Shown in pieces: positions 61,100 to 64,000 of a DNA stretch of 64,000 nt. Each line of letters opens with the position of its first letter. Positions within the stretch are counted from its first letter, which is position 1. Source of the DNA: an uncultured Chloroflexia bacterium. Lineage in GTDB: Bacteria; Chloroflexota; Anaerolineae; JAAYZQ01. The stretch is taken from the NCBI GenBank assembly GCA_963700285.1, contig CAVOXA010000010.1:320001-384000 (forward strand), in the 5' to 3' direction. Below the pieces are notes generated by a model. That model was not told the DNA's origin. It saw only the letters and a program-made list of their open reading frames with translations, and searched no databases. A program made the position numbers and the translations under genes.

Positions 61100-62443
61100 C
61101 TAGACCTCGGAGGTTTTCGAACGAACCCCCCGGTTCGCAACCTCCGAAGTCTGGTCTAGATAGAGACCATATTGTGCTTGTACCAAAGGCAGGATACCCA
61201 GCCGCTCCAATTGCTCTACCGGCGCCATGACGCTGGCCAATACCAAACCCGGCGCCCGACCGATCTCGAGGGAGCCGGTGATGGTCACCCTGTTCCTCAC
61301 CTCGTCCAGGCTCATATCCAGAAGGTGCGCCGTCCTTTCCAGGGCATTCTGTACCGCCGCATTCAGATCCGGCCCGGAGCCGACAACCTGAATCGGCGCC
61401 ACCTGCTCCAAGTCCGTGTCCCACTCTGTGGCCAGTTTTCGCGCCTGCTCCACCTCTACCTGGCTGTAGGGCTGGCACAGAAAGGGCAGATCCTCCGCCG
61501 GTGGCAGCAGGACCGGCCCCTGCAAAGCCAGCCTCTTGATAACCTCAACGCTGAGTGTCACCTCGGCTGAGACGTCCGTGGTATGACCGGCGATCTCGCC
61601 ATCGCCCTGCATGGCATGCACGTCACCCAGATAGACGCCTCCGCCCTGTACCTTGACCGGGCAGATCAGGATGGCGCCTTCCCGAACAGAGTCTGCGTCC
61701 AAGTGGCCGTCGGTCAAGGCATCGAACTCTTTCGGGCTCAGGCCCTCCTCATGGAGGCTCTGGCCAAAGTCGCCGCAGTTGCAGGAAGCAGAGATATCCA
61801 TGGCCGGGACAGTGCCGATGTTGCCAATGAAGGGCCTCATGCGGGTCAGGATCCCACCGCGGAGATCGGCACTGGCCAGGGCCAGCACGGAATGCTGCTT
61901 TGAACTGGGCGGTAGGGCCGTGTACCAGGCAGCCTCGCGGGCGATATCCGCCGCCTTCCCGCCACCAACCGTGAGCCCAAAGATCCCCGTATCATCAAAG
62001 ACCATGGTATAGCCAGAGGTGATCCGGGAAGGCATGGCCTCTGCCCCACAGTTTTTGCATTGAATCGCCCCAGGGCCAATGCCCGCCACGACCGTAGCAG
62101 GAAACTCGGCATCACACCGAGGGCACTTTCTTATGACCTGGGAACCACGCTTGAGCCTGGTCCCTTCGACAGACGCACCTGTACCCGAGGCAGTGGCCCT
62201 GGATCGAAGGGCGATCTTGTGGATGCGGATGGCGATCGCATCGCCGACCTCAGCACCCTCCACGGCAATCGGTTCGGTGATCTCGTGCCCGCCATCCAGG
62301 TGGGGGGTGATCATGGGCCCCCAGCAGCCGGGGGCCGTTCTGGCGACGATGGTCCCCCCATCTTGGACCGGCCCAAGCATGGGCAGGCTCGGTCCTACAT
62401 TGCAGCCGGCGATTTTGACATCTGTGATAACTCTGAGAGCCAT
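61100..62443 (-). CDS. Acetamidase/formamidase family protein with inserted CxxC...CxxC zinc ribbon
   Basis: TEPIAVEGAEVGD, PFIGNIG, GHLD, YLGDVHAMQGDGEIAG, CPRC...CKNC. Confidence 0.9.
   Translation of the reverse strand: MALRVITDVKIAGCNVGPSLPMLGPVQDGGTIVARTAPGCWGPMITPHLDGGHEITEPIAVEGAEVGDAIAIRIHKIALRSRATASGTGASVEGTRLKRGSQVIRKCPRCDAEFPATVVAGIGPGAIQCKNCGAEAMPSRITSGYTMVFDDTGIFGLTVGGGKAADIAREAAWYTALPPSSKQHSVLALASADLRGGILTRMRPFIGNIGTVPAMDISASCNCGDFGQSLHEEGLSPKEFDALTDGHLDADSVREGAILICPVKVQGGGVYLGDVHAMQGDGEIAGHTTDVSAEVTLSVEVIKRLALQGPVLLPPAEDLPFLCQPYSQVEVEQARKLATEWDTDLEQVAPIQVVGSGPDLNAAVQNALERTAHLLDMSLDEVRNRVTITGSLEIGRAPGLVLASVMAPVEQLERLGILPLVQAQYGLYLDQTSEVANRGVRSKTSEV
61102..61152. repeat. Hairpin repeat of the AGACTTC(C/G)GA type overlapping the acetamidase 3' end
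   Basis: Arms AGACCTCGGAGGTT and AACCTCCGAAGTCT pair at 13/14 positions, with an inner stem CGAACC/GGTTCG. Confidence 0.6.
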
Positions 62444-62465
62444 TTGCTACCCCTTGTTGCGTCCC

Positions 62466-62497
62466 AGACTTCCGAAGGCTCAGGACCTCGGAAGTCT
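62466..62497. repeat. Hairpin repeat of the same type upstream of the acetamidase
   Basis: Perfect 10-bp stem AGACTTCCGA/TCGGAAGTCT. Confidence 0.6.
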
Positions 62498-63896
62498 ATG
62501 GAATCTGCGGCTTGATGACGGGCCAGGAGACACTCAGCCCGATCCTTTCACCGTAGCCCGCTTCCCGGATCATGGCCGCCTGGGCCTCGCGCGCCCGGGC
62601 CACAACCTCCTCTTCGTCAAAAACCGTACTGCGCCCGTCGCTCAAGATCACGCTACCGCCGACCAGTACTGTGTCGGCCTGAGTGCTCACTCCCGAGTAA
62701 ACCAGGTTGCTGACCAGCATCGCATCGGGCACCAAATGCAACTGATTGCGCCGGAAGAGGGCGATGTCAGCCTGCTTGCCTGGTTCCAGGGATCCCACCC
62801 GGTCGTCCATGTTCAAGGCCGCCGCGGCCTTGATGGTGACCATCTCCAGGGCCTGTTCCGCTGTGCCCAGATAACGGTCGCCGGATTGGGAGCGTTGCAG
62901 ATAGACGGCCAGTTTCATAGCCTGCCAGATATTCTGCCCGTTGTTCGAGTTTGAACCATCGACGCAGATGGCGACCCGTGCTCCCAGCTCTTCCAGATCC
63001 CAAATGGGTGGGGGCTGGTTGCCTGTGCGCAGGGCCTGGTCGGGACAGTGGGCGATCCGCACCTGGCGACTGCCCAACAATGCCAACTCCTCCTCCAACA
63101 GGCCAGTCCGGGTACAGTGTACGGCCAGCAGTTCTGGCCCGAGCAGACCCAGGCTGTCCAGGTATTGGACCGTGCCCATGCCTACCGTTTGCAGTGCATC
63201 GGCCAGCTCCTCGCGGTGATGGCCAAGATGCATGTGCCACAATTGGCCCCGCTCCCTGGCCCAACCATACATGGCCAGGATCCCTTCGGGCGTGCAGCGC
63301 AGGGATTTGGATGCTTCCGAGTTGATGAGGATGCGCTCGGAATCGTACTTGGCTTCCAGGCGGTCTAGATCTTGCAGGGCAACCTCCGGTCGCTCCCGGA
63401 AGGGTTCCGCCATCTGCTGGCCATCGCTGAACCCCCGGCCGATGATGGCGCGCATGCCAGACTGCAGGACCGCGTCACAGACGCCGTCGGTGGAATCCAT
63501 GTGGTAGTGGGTAAAATGGCTCTCTTGCGTCGTCGTCACGCCATAGTGGACGAGTTCCAGAAGCGAAAGGCTGGCGCCCGCCCGTGCCCGTTCCCGCGTC
63601 AGACCCAGGGCCATGTGCCAGAAAGACCCGGGTGGATTGGGCTCGTTGAAACAACTCCGGTACAGACATTGGTCCAGGTGATTGTGGGCATTGACCAGGC
63701 CCGGCATGACCAGCATATCGGAAGCGTCGATGCGTTCTTTGGCCGCGAAATCTCGGACCGAACTGCTCACACCCACAACCAGGCCATCCTTGACGCCCAC
63801 ATGGCCGGGTACATAGATTCGCCGCTGGGCGTCCATGGTGAGGACGATGCCCCCCTCGATCAGCAGGTCCACAGGGATGCTTGGCTGCTTGGTCAT
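62496..63896 (-). CDS. Amidohydrolase of the MTA/SAH deaminase - atrazine chlorohydrolase group
   Basis: PGLVNAHNH, GVTT, HMHLGH, AVHC, AHCP, CVDG, GSLEPGKQAD. Confidence 0.9.
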   Translation of the reverse strand: MTKQPSIPVDLLIEGGIVLTMDAQRRIYVPGHVGVKDGLVVGVSSSVRDFAAKERIDASDMLVMPGLVNAHNHLDQCLYRSCFNEPNPPGSFWHMALGLTRERARAGASLSLLELVHYGVTTTQESHFTHYHMDSTDGVCDAVLQSGMRAIIGRGFSDGQQMAEPFRERPEVALQDLDRLEAKYDSERILINSEASKSLRCTPEGILAMYGWARERGQLWHMHLGHHREELADALQTVGMGTVQYLDSLGLLGPELLAVHCTRTGLLEEELALLGSRQVRIAHCPDQALRTGNQPPPIWDLEELGARVAICVDGSNSNNGQNIWQAMKLAVYLQRSQSGDRYLGTAEQALEMVTIKAAAALNMDDRVGSLEPGKQADIALFRRNQLHLVPDAMLVSNLVYSGVSTQADTVLVGGSVILSDGRSTVFDEEEVVARAREAQAAMIREAGYGERIGLSVSWPVIKPQIP

Positions 63897-64000
63897 GCGT
63901 TCTCCTCCCAATTGGGGAAGGCAGGCTCATAGAAGTCGGTCAGAGGCTGGCCCCTGTAAGTAGTCTCTGCCGTCCTGGCATAGAGCTTGCGGTTGAACCG
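63893..64000 (-). CDS. 3' end of an unidentified upstream gene
   Basis: Open frame RFNRKLYARTAETTYRGQPLTDFYEPAFPNWEENA-stop. Its TGA overlaps the next ATG (ATGA coupling). Confidence 0.55.
   Translation of the reverse strand, partial: RFNRKLYARTAETTYRGQPLTDFYEPAFPNWEENA

Noticed and set aside
24-63932. Numerous plus-strand ORFs, some over 300 aa (e.g. 42751..44325, 55779..56954, 32933..34075)
   Set aside because: They are antisense shadows of motif-bearing minus-strand genes in GC-rich DNA, with no recognisable motifs.

Overview
A GC-rich bacterial window, probably Chloroflexota (Anaerolineae-like, inferred from the V/E/T-rich and P/A/T-rich stalks of the lipoprotein solute-binding proteins). 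About 57 genes lie on the minus strand and form a catabolic island for peptides, amides and amino acids. It holds three peptide/nickel-family ABC importers with no ATPase gene in the window, many amidohydrolases and peptidases (M20, M28/DUF4910, M18, M14/AstE, DUF885, D-aminoacylase, isochorismatase, acetamidase, phosphotriesterase-like), six SDRs, three Gfo/Idh/MocA oxidoreductases, and a racemase - aminotransferase - 2-oxoacid:ferredoxin oxidoreductase - succinyl-CoA-ligase module. Three near-consensus sigma70 promoters each carry the same 14-bp palindrome (TATCCTATAGGATA) at the transcription start, suggesting one regulon, with the local GntR/FCD protein as candidate regulator. The most unusual signal is repeated replacement of canonical catalytic residues: HxxxK SDRs, Gfo proteins without Asp/His, and AstE, isochorismatase, M20, DUF885, nitroreductase and Rid copies that are degenerate beside intact paralogues. 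Many genes at about 1-11 kb and 20-35 kb are split by single-base indels, most likely long-read assembly errors. No rRNA, tRNA, CRISPR array or transposase was seen. All product calls come from motif reading, not database searches.
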